A DNA stretch of 39,458 bases, from positions 1 through 39,458 of the forward strand of contig CAVBFK010000224.1 of the NCBI GenBank assembly GCA_963594395.1, in the 5' to 3' direction. A model generated the notes under the pieces. The model was not told the DNA's origin and did not search any database. It saw only the letters and a program-made list of their open reading frames with translations. Source of the stretch: Lachnospiraceae bacterium (GTDB taxonomy: Bacteria; Bacillota; Clostridia; Christensenellales; Aristaeellaceae). This document shows positions 7,914 through 17,277 of this stretch, piece by piece. A program made the translations under genes and the position numbers. How positions within the stretch are numbered: the stretch's first letter is position 1; every line of letters starts with the position of its first letter.

Positions 7914-7986
7914 GGTGGTTATTCCCGTGCCCGGAGGGGAGAAACGCCTCTCCGGGCCGTTCTGTATGCAGGGGAAGGACAGAAGC

Positions 7987-8586
7987 ATGCACATCCTTGG
8001 CTTAACGGGCGGCATTGCCTGCGGGAAAAGCACCGTGTCGCTGACACTGTCGGCATTGGGCGCGGTGATTGTGGATAGCGATCAGTTGTCGCGAACACTG
8101 ACAGCCCCTGGCGGCGAGGCATTGCCCAAATTACGGGAAACCTTCGGTGACGATATCTTCCTGCAGGATGGTACGCTGAACCGGCGGGCACTGGGCAATC
8201 TGGTGTTTCAGCATCCGGAGGAGAAAGCCAAGCTGGATGCACTGATGCAGCCGCTGATTGATGCCTTGACAAGAAAGAAGATCAATGAAGCACGGGAAAG
8301 CGGCGCAAGCATCTGCGTGCTGGACATGCCTCTGCTGTATGAGTTCGGCTATGAGAAACTGTGCAACCGCGTGTGGTGCGTGGCTCTGCCTCAAGAGACG
8401 CAGATTCAGCGGCTCATGGAGCGGGACGGCATGACCCGGGAAGCGGCGCTGGATCGCATTCATAGTCAGATGTCCACGGAAGAAAAGGCCGCCCGTGCCG
8501 ATGTGGTGATTGACACCAGCGGTACCATTGAGGAAACGCAAGCTGTGGTGCGAAAGCTGTTTGAAGCGGAAATGACGTTTGCCTGA
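7987..8586 (+). CDS. coaE: dephospho-CoA kinase
   Basis: Start at MHILGLTGGIACGKSTV (P-loop at the N-terminus), about 199 aa. The upstream in-frame extension from 7915 has no SD and covers a GC hairpin. Confidence 0.88.
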   Translation: MHILGLTGGIACGKSTVSLTLSALGAVIVDSDQLSRTLTAPGGEALPKLRETFGDDIFLQDGTLNRRALGNLVFQHPEEKAKLDALMQPLIDALTRKKINEARESGASICVLDMPLLYEFGYEKLCNRVWCVALPQETQIQRLMERDGMTREAALDRIHSQMSTEEKAARADVVIDTSGTIEETQAVVRKLFEAEMTFA

Positions 8587-8604
8587 TCGGCCAAGGAGGA
8601 AGAA

Positions 8605-9657
8605 ATGACGGATACACCAACATCGCGAAGACCCTCCCATCGGTCGGATCGATACAAGGCGGAAAGCGGCACGGCGCCGTCTACAGAACTGCTTCAGCGG
8701 CTGGAGGAGACCTCTGACACGGAAGCAACGGCAGAAACGGTCACCACCGCTGCAACCTACCATCGCAGGCGATCTGCTGTGCCTGCGACGGAAGCGCCTG
8801 AACCGGTGCAGGCACAGCCTGCTCAGCAAGATCCGGCACCGGTCCGCCGCCGGCAGATTCCTGCGGAAAAACCAGCGCAAACTCGCTCCTCTTCGGCGGA
8901 ACGTGCACCCCGGGAAGCAACCCCGCCGCCGAAAATGGATCGCCCGGTGAAAGCTTCCATTCGTGAAAAAGAGCGTGCCAAGAAGAAAATGCCCACATGG
9001 CTGGTGGCCATGCTGGCCATTATGTTCTTCCTTTCGGCGGGACTTTTCACGGCACAGTCCCTCATGCAGGCCTATTTGACCCAGTGCCAGCAGGAGAGAG
9101 AAGCGGCGTATCAACGGGTGGTGGACGCGCATCCTATCTACTATAAAGATCTCATTGAGCAGTATGCCGCAGAGAATAATCTGCAGCCGGCCTTTGTGGA
9201 GGCCATTATTCTCAATGAAAGCTCCTACCGCACGGACGCGGAATCCTCCGTGGGCGCACGGGGATTGATGCAGCTCATGCCGGATACGGCAGAGTGGATT
9301 GCCGGCAAGCTGAAGGATAGCAGCTATCATGTGGACAATCTGTATGATGCGGAAACCAACATTAAATATGGAACGTGGTATCTGGGCTATTTGTCCAAAT
9401 TGTTCCGCGGGGATCCGATTCTCGTTTCCGCGGCCTACCACGCAGGACAGGGAGAGGTAACAGGGTGGCTGAGTGACCCCCGCATGTCGGAAGACGGGGT
9501 CACCATTAAGCTGGAAAACATGATTGACGGACCGACCAAGCGCTATGCGGGGAGAGTGACGAAAGCTTATGGTGTCTATGAAGCCCTCTATTATTCAACG
9601 GATACTGCTGATGATGACGGTACTGTGCCTGACAGTGTGGATTCTGCCCACCGCTGA
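8605..9657 (+). CDS. membrane-anchored lytic transglycosylase (SLT domain)
   Basis: SD AAGGAGGA. A Pro/Ala/Arg/Glu-rich disordered N-terminus is followed by one TM (WLVAMLAIMFFLSAGLF). SLT motifs are present: LNESSYR (catalytic Glu), GLMQLMPDTA, AAYHAG. Confidence 0.85.
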   Translation: MTDTPTSRRPSHRSDRYKAESGTAPSTELLQRLEETSDTEATAETVTTAATYHRRRSAVPATEAPEPVQAQPAQQDPAPVRRRQIPAEKPAQTRSSSAERAPREATPPPKMDRPVKASIREKERAKKKMPTWLVAMLAIMFFLSAGLFTAQSLMQAYLTQCQQEREAAYQRVVDAHPIYYKDLIEQYAAENNLQPAFVEAIILNESSYRTDAESSVGARGLMQLMPDTAEWIAGKLKDSSYHVDNLYDAETNIKYGTWYLGYLSKLFRGDPILVSAAYHAGQGEVTGWLSDPRMSEDGVTIKLENMIDGPTKRYAGRVTKAYGVYEALYYSTDTADDDGTVPDSVDSAHR

Positions 9658-11158
9658 GGCGGCGACCACCAACGTGGGGGAGAGCCTGACGGTAGGTATC
9701 CAGTCCACCAAAACGACCCAGATTCGCCCGCTGGATCCCCAGGAGCGGGATATTGTGAGCGTCTACGATCTGGTGTATGACAGCCTGATTACCATTGATG
9801 ATGACTATCTGCCCCAGGGCTCCCTGGCGGAAAGCTGGGAAGAAACCGGCAGCGGCAAGACCTGGACTTTCCATCTGCGGGATGATGTCTATTTCTCTGA
9901 CGGAACAAAACTGACGGCCAACGATGTGGTAGCGACAGCTCAGTACATCCTTGACCGCGCCAACGATGAGAATTCCAGTGACAAGGGATACTATCAAAAC
10001 CTGAAATACTTCGTGAAGAGCATCAGCGCCACCGATGATACCACTGTGGTGGTGAAGGCGTCCCGCAAGTATTACGGCATCCTGTATGCCATGACCTTCC
10101 CGGTGCTCAAGGCCAGCGAGATTGAATCGGATTCTCCCTTGGGTACGGGTCCGTATCGCATTTCCAGCTTTGATGCAGGTAACAGCATCTGGCTGGAGCT
10201 GAACGAATACTGGTGGCAGGCACAGCCCCAGGTTAAGCAGATTGTTTTTACCTGTGCCTCTACGGCCAAGGATTCCTTGGAAAACTACGAGTACGGCCGG
10301 GTCGATGCTGTGTTTACCCGCTTGACCGCGGCCAGCCAGTATAAGTCCGGCACCAGCAACATGACCCTGGACTACCGAACCAATCAGCTGGAAACGCTGT
10401 TGATGAACCATTCGTCTACGCCGCTGGATGACGTGAACGTGCGCAAGGCCATTCGCTATGTGGTGGATGCGGATAAACTGGCAAGCTCTGTTTACATGGG
10501 CATGGTCACTAGGACGGATACTCCCATGATTTCCGGCACATGGATGTACAATGACGATTTGACATCCTACTTTACCACCGATGTGGAGGAAGCAAAGCGC
10601 CTGCTGGAAGAGGCCGGGTGGACGGATCTCGACGGCGACGGTGTGCGGGATAAGCCCAAGGATGACGGCTCCGGCAACTATCGATTGCATCTGCGCCTCT
10701 ACGTGTATGAAGAGCCGGACAATGATGTGCGGGTGGAAGTGGCCAACACCATTTCTGACTGGCTGGCGGAAGTAGGCATCGAGTGTGCGGTAACCACCAT
10801 GAACATGTCAGATATGTCTACCAAGCTTAGCTCAGGCTCCTTTGACTTGGCGCTGGTATCCTATGCCATGGATGTCTGCCCCGATCCCGGCTTCCTGCTG
10901 ATGAAGTCCAACACGGGCAACTACAGCCGATACAACAGTTCCACCATGAACGATCTGTGCAGCGAGCTGCGTACCCAGACCACCCAGGCAGGTTATCAGG
11001 AAGTTCTGCTGAAAATTCAAGCACAGTTTGCGGAGGATTGTCCATTCATCTGCCTGTACTACCGTGAAGGCGCTGTGCTGACCCGCAAAATGTATACCAC
11101 GGCTCGCGACGTCCGCGAACTGGAACTGCTCCGCGGTATCGAGACATTCCACCAGTAA
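9569..11158 (+). CDS. ABC-type substrate-binding protein, family 5 (peptide/nickel type), orphan
   Basis: Signal-peptide-like N-terminus (ILLMMTVLCLTVWILPTAEA) and a fold-length of about 500 aa with typical family-5 sequence character. No permease or ATPase genes are adjacent. The start is uncertain (9569, 9578 or 9611), and every candidate overlaps the upstream gene end. Confidence 0.78.
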   Translation: MVSMKPSIIQRILLMMTVLCLTVWILPTAEAATTNVGESLTVGIQSTKTTQIRPLDPQERDIVSVYDLVYDSLITIDDDYLPQGSLAESWEETGSGKTWTFHLRDDVYFSDGTKLTANDVVATAQYILDRANDENSSDKGYYQNLKYFVKSISATDDTTVVVKASRKYYGILYAMTFPVLKASEIESDSPLGTGPYRISSFDAGNSIWLELNEYWWQAQPQVKQIVFTCASTAKDSLENYEYGRVDAVFTRLTAASQYKSGTSNMTLDYRTNQLETLLMNHSSTPLDDVNVRKAIRYVVDADKLASSVYMGMVTRTDTPMISGTWMYNDDLTSYFTTDVEEAKRLLEEAGWTDLDGDGVRDKPKDDGSGNYRLHLRLYVYEEPDNDVRVEVANTISDWLAEVGIECAVTTMNMSDMSTKLSSGSFDLALVSYAMDVCPDPGFLLMKSNTGNYSRYNSSTMNDLCSELRTQTTQAGYQEVLLKIQAQFAEDCPFICLYYREGAVLTRKMYTTARDVRELELLRGIETFHQ

Positions 11159-11166
11159 AATCAGGA

Positions 11167-11214
11167 TGTAAAGCAACTTTTACACGGGAAAATCTTCTTT
11201 GTAAAGCTCTTTTG
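11167..11214. promoter_or_regulatory. candidate operator: perfect palindrome plus a related half-site upstream of the XRE gene
   Basis: TGTAAA-N6-TTTACA at 11167-11184, with a repeated TGTAAAGCnCTTTT at 11200-11213. Confidence 0.3.
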
Positions 11215-11270
11215 ATCGACAGAATCTGCCGAAGCGGATAGACTGAAACCGTCCTAAGGAGTGATGCGGC

Positions 11271-11702
11271 ATGGAGATTGCAGAAAGACTGAAGGAAGCC
11301 CGCAACCAAAGCGGCATGACGCAAGCTGAGGTGGCGGACAAAATCATGGTGTCTCGGGTGACCCTTTCCCATTGGGAAAACGGGAAGTCCCTGCCGGATA
11401 TTGTGAGCCTGATCAGCCTGAGCGATCTCTACCACATCAGTCTTGACGAACTGGTGAAGGGAGATTCGAAGATGACAGAGAAGGTCAAAAAAGATGCGGA
11501 AAACGCGAAGAACAATACGCGGCTCATTGGCGTGACGGCCGTCATCGTGACCATTGTGCTGGTGATCTACGGCGTGAGCGTCATCGTAGGCGGCGGCTTT
11601 CGGGATTTCTGCGACGGTGCCATTCTGTGGGTGCTGGTAGGCATCTGCGTTGCCGCGTATCTTGCATACTGTTCACAGCAGGAAAACACGGGAAAGAAGT
11701 AA
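11271..11702 (+). CDS. XRE-family helix-turn-helix regulator with C-terminal transmembrane segments
   Basis: N-terminal LKEARNQSGMTQAEVADKIMVSRVTLSHWENGKSLP is a canonical XRE HTH. Two hydrophobic helices follow in the C-terminal half. SD AAGGAG lies 9 nt upstream. Confidence 0.85.
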   Translation: MEIAERLKEARNQSGMTQAEVADKIMVSRVTLSHWENGKSLPDIVSLISLSDLYHISLDELVKGDSKMTEKVKKDAENAKNNTRLIGVTAVIVTIVLVIYGVSVIVGGGFRDFCDGAILWVLVGICVAAYLAYCSQQENTGKK

Positions 11703-11735
11703 CTTGCGAGCCCAATGGAAAGGAGCCAATTGAAA

Positions 11736-11927
11736 ATGACCAAGGATAAGCGCTTCAAGATTGTATACACGCAGGGGACAGTGTCTGCCACGATGATTCT
11801 GGTGGATACCGAGACCGGCGTGAACTACCTGTACCACAGCGAAGGCTACAGCGGCGGCATGACCGTGCTCCTCGATCAGGACGGCAAGCCGGTGGTAACT
11901 CCGGTGGAAAAAGAAGAATCGAAATAA
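11736..11927 (+). CDS. small conserved hypothetical protein (resembles the DUF6440-type partner of HTH-membrane regulators, from memory)
   Basis: ATG 11736 lies 10 nt after AAGGAG 11720-11725. The sequence is MTKDKRFKIVYTQGTVSATMILVDTETGVNYLY...GGMTVLLDQDGKPVV. The maximal ORF starts at 11715 without an SD. Confidence 0.6.
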   Translation: MTKDKRFKIVYTQGTVSATMILVDTETGVNYLYHSEGYSGGMTVLLDQDGKPVVTPVEKEESK

Positions 11928-11932
11928 TAGGG

Positions 11933-11978
11933 CAGCACGCATTTCTTTGAAATTTCGTCAAAGAAGTGCGTGCTGTTT
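11933..11978 (+). terminator. intrinsic terminator (long hairpin)
   Basis: cagcacgcatttctttga pairs with tcaaagaagtgcgtgctg (one wobble), followed by TTTGC. Confidence 0.7.
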
Positions 11979-12009
11979 GCTTGTGGATGAAATTTCCTTT
12001 CGGAAACCC

Positions 12010-12038
12010 TTGCACTTTTGTATTGGCTATGCTATAAT
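12010..12038 (+). promoter_or_regulatory. sigma-70-type promoter for rpsB-tsf, followed by a roughly 100-nt structured leader
   Basis: TTGCAC (12010-12015), 17-nt spacer, TATAAT (12033-12038). The leader contains ctgc-aaac-gcag and a ctctgc/gcagag pairing. Confidence 0.7.
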
Positions 12039-12137
12039 CTATACGATTACGCACCTTTGCTCTGCGAGTGCTTGTGCTGCAAACGCAGTGGCCGGTCGCA
12101 CATGAGCAGAGGGTGGAAAAACAAGGAGGAAACCAAA

Positions 12138-12878
<741 letters not shown>

Positions 12879-12920
12879 GCCCATTCCTGATAAGTAAATA
12901 AGAAGAAAGGGTGAGATCCA

Positions 12921-13847
12921 ATGGCAGCTATTACCTCTGCTATGGTTAAGGAACTGCGCGAGCGCACCAGCGCTGGCATGATGGACTGCAAGAAGGCCCT
13001 CGTCGAGAGCGAAGGCGATATGGACAAGGCCATCGAATGGCTCCGTGAAAAGGGACTGTCCCAGGCCGCCAAGAAGGCAAGCCGTATTGCCGCTGAAGGC
13101 GTTGTGGCTCAGTACACCAACGAGAACGGCTCCGTGGGCGTGATCGTTGAGGTCAACTGCGAGACCGACTTCGTTGCCCGTACCGATAACTTCCTGGCTT
13201 TCTGCAACAATGTTGCTAAGCACATCGCTGCAGCAAATCCTGCTGATGTTGATGCTCTGCTGGCTCAGAAGTTCGTGGACGACGAGAGCAAGACCATCTC
13301 CGACCTGGTGAGCGAAGCTACTGTCGCCATCGGCGAAAAGATCAGCATCCGCCGCTTCACTCGTTATGAGACCACCGGCACCGTGTCTACCTACATCCAC
13401 CTGGGTGGCTCTGTGGGCGTCATCGTTGAGGTGGCTACCGACAAGCCCGAGAACGCTGAAGTGAAGGCTTTCGCACATGATCTGGCTCTGCAGATCGCTG
13501 CAGCCCGTCCTGAAGCTGTTCGCCGCGAGGAAGTGGATGCTTCCAAGCTGGAGAAGGAAAAGGAAATCCTCCGTGCACAGGCTATCAACGAGGGCAAGCC
13601 CGAGAAGATCGTCGAGCGCATGGTGGAAGGCCGTATCGAGAAGTACTACAAGGAAGTGTGCCTGCTTGATCAGGCCTTCGTGAAGGATCCCGACAAGTCC
13701 ATTAAGGGCCTGATGGGTGAAATCGCCAAGGCTGCCGGCGCTACCGTGGACGTTGTCCGCTTCACCCGCTATGAGCGCGGCGAAGGCATCGAGAAGCGTC
13801 AGGACAATTTCGCTGAAGAGATTGCCGCTCAGATGAAGAAGGCTTAA
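12921..13847 (+). CDS. tsf: translation elongation factor Ts
   Basis: [27 protein letters not shown] (UBA-like N-terminus), plus conserved synteny after rpsB. Confidence 0.97.
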   Translation: MAAITSAMVKELRERTSAGMMDCKKALVESEGDMDKAIEWLREKGLSQAAKKASRIAAEGVVAQYTNENGSVGVIVEVNCETDFVARTDNFLAFCNNVAKHIAAANPADVDALLAQKFVDDESKTISDLVSEATVAIGEKISIRRFTRYETTGTVSTYIHLGGSVGVIVEVATDKPENAEVKAFAHDLALQIAAARPEAVRREEVDASKLEKEKEILRAQAINEGKPEKIVERMVEGRIEKYYKEVCLLDQAFVKDPDKSIKGLMGEIAKAAGATVDVVRFTRYERGEGIEKRQDNFAEEIAAQMKKA

Positions 13848-13863
13848 TCACAAGCACTTTGGA

Positions 13864-13898
13864 GGGGAACTGCATCATGCATGCGGTTCCCCTTTTTT
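13864..13898 (+). terminator. intrinsic terminator after tsf
   Basis: ggggaac-N15-gttcccc followed by TTTTTT. Confidence 0.75.
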
Positions 13899-13932
13899 GA
13901 GGAATTCCATAAGGAACGAGGAGGCTACGCAA

Positions 13933-14643
13933 ATGGCAGCGTATAAGCGTGTACTGCTGAAGCTGAGCGGTGAGGCACTGAAGAGCGGCAGCGATCTGTT
14001 TGACTTTGATAAGGTTCGCCGCGTGGCAGATGTCATTCGTAAAATGCATGACATGGGTACGGAAATCGGCATTGTCATCGGCGCGGGTAACATCTGGCGC
14101 GGACGTCAGGGCCCTGCGGCCAACATGGACGCGGTGACGGCAGACCAGATGGGTATGCTGGGCACGGTCATCAACTGCCTGTGCGTGGCGGATGCACTCC
14201 GTCAGGCCGGACTGGACGCTGTGGTGCAGTCTGCCGTGGATATGAACCGCTTTGCCGAACCCTTCAATGCCATGCAGGCTCGCCGTCATCTGAGCGAGGG
14301 CCGTGTCGTGCTGTTTGCAGCAGGCAGCGGCAATCCGTTCTTCTCCACCGATACCGCCGTGGCACTCCGTGCCATTGAGATGCAGGTGGATGCCATCCTC
14401 ATGGCCAAGAACATCGATGGCGTGTATACGGCGGATCCCCATAAGGATCCTACGGCAGTGCTGATCAAGGACATCACCTATAAGGAAGCTCTGGCCAAGG
14501 GCTTGAAGGTCATGGACGCTTCTGCCTTTGCCCTGTGTGCTGAAAACAATGTGCCTATGGTTCGCGTTTTCGGCCTGGACGTGCCTGAAAATTTGATCAG
14601 CGTGCTGGAAGGCAATGATATGGGCACCTTTGTGCATCCCTAA
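13933..14643 (+). CDS. pyrH: UMP kinase
   Basis: MAAYKRVLLKLSGEAL start 8 nt after GAGGAGG. Amino-acid-kinase fold motifs are present (GAGNIWRG). Confidence 0.95.
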   Translation: MAAYKRVLLKLSGEALKSGSDLFDFDKVRRVADVIRKMHDMGTEIGIVIGAGNIWRGRQGPAANMDAVTADQMGMLGTVINCLCVADALRQAGLDAVVQSAVDMNRFAEPFNAMQARRHLSEGRVVLFAAGSGNPFFSTDTAVALRAIEMQVDAILMAKNIDGVYTADPHKDPTAVLIKDITYKEALAKGLKVMDASAFALCAENNVPMVRVFGLDVPENLISVLEGNDMGTFVHP

Positions 14644-14673
14644 GTTCGTGACGCGAAAGACATGCGGCAGGGC

Positions 14674-14702
14674 TTGCAAGAATGCCCAAAAACGATTACA
14701 AT
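14674..14702 (+). promoter_or_regulatory. internal sigma-70-type promoter upstream of frr
   Basis: TTGCAA (14674-14679), 17-nt spacer, TACAAT (14697-14702). Confidence 0.55.
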
Positions 14703-14736
14703 ATCACTATAGATCCTTTATACAGGAGGCAATGCT

Positions 14737-15291
14737 ATGAAGACTGTGTTGGACAATGCCAAGGAGAAGATGAGCAAATCCTGCGATGTATACCAGCGTA
14801 ACATGCAGGCTCTGCGTGCAGGCCGTGCCAATCCCCAGCTGCTGGATCGTATCACGGTGGACTACTACGGCACACCGACGCCCCTGAACCAGGTTGGCAA
14901 CATTGCTTCTCCCGAACCCCGCATGCTGACCATCAGCCCTTGGGAAAGCAAGCTGATTCCCGCCATTGAGAAGGCCATCCAGAAGAGTGATCTGGGCTTG
15001 AATCCTTCCAACGACGGCAAGATTATCCGCCTGATCTTCCCCGAACTGAACGAAGAGCGCCGCAAGGAGCTGACCAAGGTTGCCCGCAAGGAATCCGAGG
15101 AAGCCAAGGTCGCCATCCGCGCCATCCGCCGCGATGCCATTGAGCAGATCAAGAAGCTGAAGAAGGACGGCGAGATCACCGAGGACGAGCAGCGCAAGGG
15201 TGAGGACGACATGCAGAAGATCACCGACAAGGCCATCAAGGATGTCGATGCCATCTATGCCGCCAAGGAAAAGGAGATCATGGAGATTTGA
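14737..15291 (+). CDS. frr: ribosome recycling factor
   Basis: A 184-aa protein with typical RRF sequence (LDRITVDYYGTPTPLNQVGNI). SD AGGAGG lies 7 nt upstream. Confidence 0.96.
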   Translation: MKTVLDNAKEKMSKSCDVYQRNMQALRAGRANPQLLDRITVDYYGTPTPLNQVGNIASPEPRMLTISPWESKLIPAIEKAIQKSDLGLNPSNDGKIIRLIFPELNEERRKELTKVARKESEEAKVAIRAIRRDAIEQIKKLKKDGEITEDEQRKGEDDMQKITDKAIKDVDAIYAAKEKEIMEI

Positions 15292-15500
15292 TCCATACGG
15301 AACTACTTGGCATGCGGCTGGAGGATGCATTGGATTTTCTTCAGCGCGCAGGTGAGACGAAGGTGGAAATCCTTGATTCCTCTGCGCCTAGGGCTCAGCG
15401 GGAGCATGGCATTCGGCGGGTGGTGCGTGTACGGGAAGGTCAGTTGACCGTGTGCACGTTCCTGGATACGCCGATGCAGAATATGACGTCACAGGAGTGA
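15288..15500 (+). CDS. small hypothetical protein with a PASTA-like sequence pattern
   Basis: The TTG start overlaps the frr stop (ATTTGA); an alternative ATG is at 15312. The pattern LLGMRLEDALDFLQRAGETKVEI...GIRRVVRVREGQLTV resembles the G-x5-A-x3-L-x3-G beginning of a PASTA domain. It fills the frr-uppS gap on the same strand. Confidence 0.4.
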   Translation: MIHTELLGMRLEDALDFLQRAGETKVEILDSSAPRAQREHGIRRVVRVREGQLTVCTFLDTPMQNMTSQE

Positions 15501-15581
15501 GGCGGTCTTCGTCTCAACGCAGATGCGCGGGCTCCCTCCCGGGGCTTGCGCATTTGCTGTTTATGGAAAGGTGGAGAAGCG

Positions 15582-16343
15582 ATGGGACTGTTCAGCGGGA
15601 AGGTGCACATGAAGCATGCGGCCAAAACGGCGGCGGATTTTACGAAACTGCCGAAGCACGTGGCCATTATTATGGATGGTAACGGCCGCTGGGCGAAAAA
15701 GCACCGGCTGAACGTTGCCATGGGTCACCGTCAAGGGGTAGAAACCCTTCGTGAGGTGATTCGCCACACGGATGACCTGGGCATCAAGTCCTTGAGCATT
15801 TACGCGTTTTCCACCGAAAACTGGAATCGCTCCCCGGAGGAAGTGGGAGCACTGATGCAGTTGATTCTTGATTTTTTCGCGTCCGAAATTGACGAATTGG
15901 ACGAGAAAAATGTGCACATTCTTATTTTGGGCGACAAGGGCAGACTGCCTGAAAAGCAGCGGGAAGCCCTGATCGAAGCGGAACGCCGAACGGCGGATAA
16001 TACGGGACTGAACCTGAACATTGCCGTGAATTACGGCGGACGGGCGGAATTGACCCGCGCGGCACGAAACATCGCAGAAGAAGTCGCGGCAGGGAAAATT
16101 CAACCTGAAGATATTGATGAAGACATGCTGGCCCGGCACTTGTATACCAGCGGACAGGGCGATGTGGATCTGATGATCCGCACCAGCGGCGAAATGCGGC
16201 TGAGCAATTTCCTACTCTGGCAGTGCGCCTATGCGGAATTCCTGTTCCCTACGGTGCTGTGGCCGGACTTTAAGGTGAGCGATTACGACGACGCTCTGAC
16301 TGCTTACGGCGGACGGGAGCGGCGTTTTGGCAAGCGGCTGTGA
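15582..16343 (+). CDS. uppS: isoprenyl transferase (undecaprenyl diphosphate synthase)
   Basis: HVAIIMDGNGRWAKK and FSTENWNR motifs, plus a RLSNFLLWQ-containing C-terminal region. Confidence 0.95.
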   Translation: MGLFSGKVHMKHAAKTAADFTKLPKHVAIIMDGNGRWAKKHRLNVAMGHRQGVETLREVIRHTDDLGIKSLSIYAFSTENWNRSPEEVGALMQLILDFFASEIDELDEKNVHILILGDKGRLPEKQREALIEAERRTADNTGLNLNIAVNYGGRAELTRAARNIAEEVAAGKIQPEDIDEDMLARHLYTSGQGDVDLMIRTSGEMRLSNFLLWQCAYAEFLFPTVLWPDFKVSDYDDALTAYGGRERRFGKRL

Positions 16344-16430
16344 ATAATTTCATCTTGGGTTCATAGCCGCCTGATAGAATGAAACTTGGATGAATAGGAA
16401 GACCAAGCGGAAGGATGAAGGTGATACGAT

Positions 16431-17249
16431 ATGCGACAGCGAGTAATTACAGCCATTGGGCTGATCGCATTTGTACTGGTGCTCATGTACTTCGGCGGTG
16501 CAGTGATGGGCGTTGCGGCCATGATCTGCCTTTGCTTTGCGGTACATGAGGAATATCATGCGCTGACTTTGGCAGGACATCGGCCGGTGTCTTGGCCGAC
16601 CTGGCTGGGCATGGCGGCCTGCGTGCCACTGGTGGTTATCTTTGGCAGTCATGTGTTACTGCCGATTTTGATGACCATCTGCCTGCTGACACTGATCTGC
16701 GTTGTGTTCCGCAGTGAACCGAAAATTGAAGATGTGCTCATGAGCGTTCTGCCGCTGACCACCGTGGTACTGCCGGGCATGTGCATCATTGCCCTGGCAC
16801 AGGTGCAGCCCAAGGGACTGCAGGTAGTTCTGCTGAGCCTCATGTTTGCCGTCCCTGTGATGTCTGATACTTGCGCATTCTTTGTGGGAAGCCGCGTTCG
16901 CGGTCCCAAGCTGTGCCCGCAGGTCAGCCCCAACAAAACCATCTCCGGTGCCATTGCCGGCATGGTGGGTGCACTGCTGACGGCCATGATTATTGGCTTG
17001 ATTGCCGGATGCATCTGCCCGGCTAGTATTGCGGGCATTCTGCCGACTTGGTGGGAATATCTGCTGATCGGCCTCATTGGCGGCGTGGCAGGACAGATGG
17101 GCGACTTGTTCGCCTCCATGGTGAAGCGCCACTGCGGTGTCAAGGATTTCTCAAACCTGTTCCCCGGCCATGGCGGCATGATGGATCGCTTGGACAGCAT
17201 CCTGTTCATGGCCGTGGTCATGTTCTGCTTTTATCTCTTGATGGTTTGA
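16431..17249 (+). CDS. cdsA: phosphatidate cytidylyltransferase
   Basis: Polytopic membrane protein with the C-terminal signature KRHCGVKDFSNLFPGHGGMMDRLDS. Conserved position after uppS. Confidence 0.93.
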   Translation: MRQRVITAIGLIAFVLVLMYFGGAVMGVAAMICLCFAVHEEYHALTLAGHRPVSWPTWLGMAACVPLVVIFGSHVLLPILMTICLLTLICVVFRSEPKIEDVLMSVLPLTTVVLPGMCIIALAQVQPKGLQVVLLSLMFAVPVMSDTCAFFVGSRVRGPKLCPQVSPNKTISGAIAGMVGALLTAMIIGLIAGCICPASIAGILPTWWEYLLIGLIGGVAGQMGDLFASMVKRHCGVKDFSNLFPGHGGMMDRLDSILFMAVVMFCFYLLMV

Positions 17250-17277
17250 TTGCTGATGAACATTGGAGGGATCTTCC

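Noticed and set aside
5787-8033. A 748-aa minus-strand ORF opposite the XpaC-like and TelA-like genes.
   Set aside because: This is an antisense shadow ORF. Its composition is repetitive (L/H/Q/G-rich), it has no translation signals, and the plus-strand genes have clear family features and SDs.
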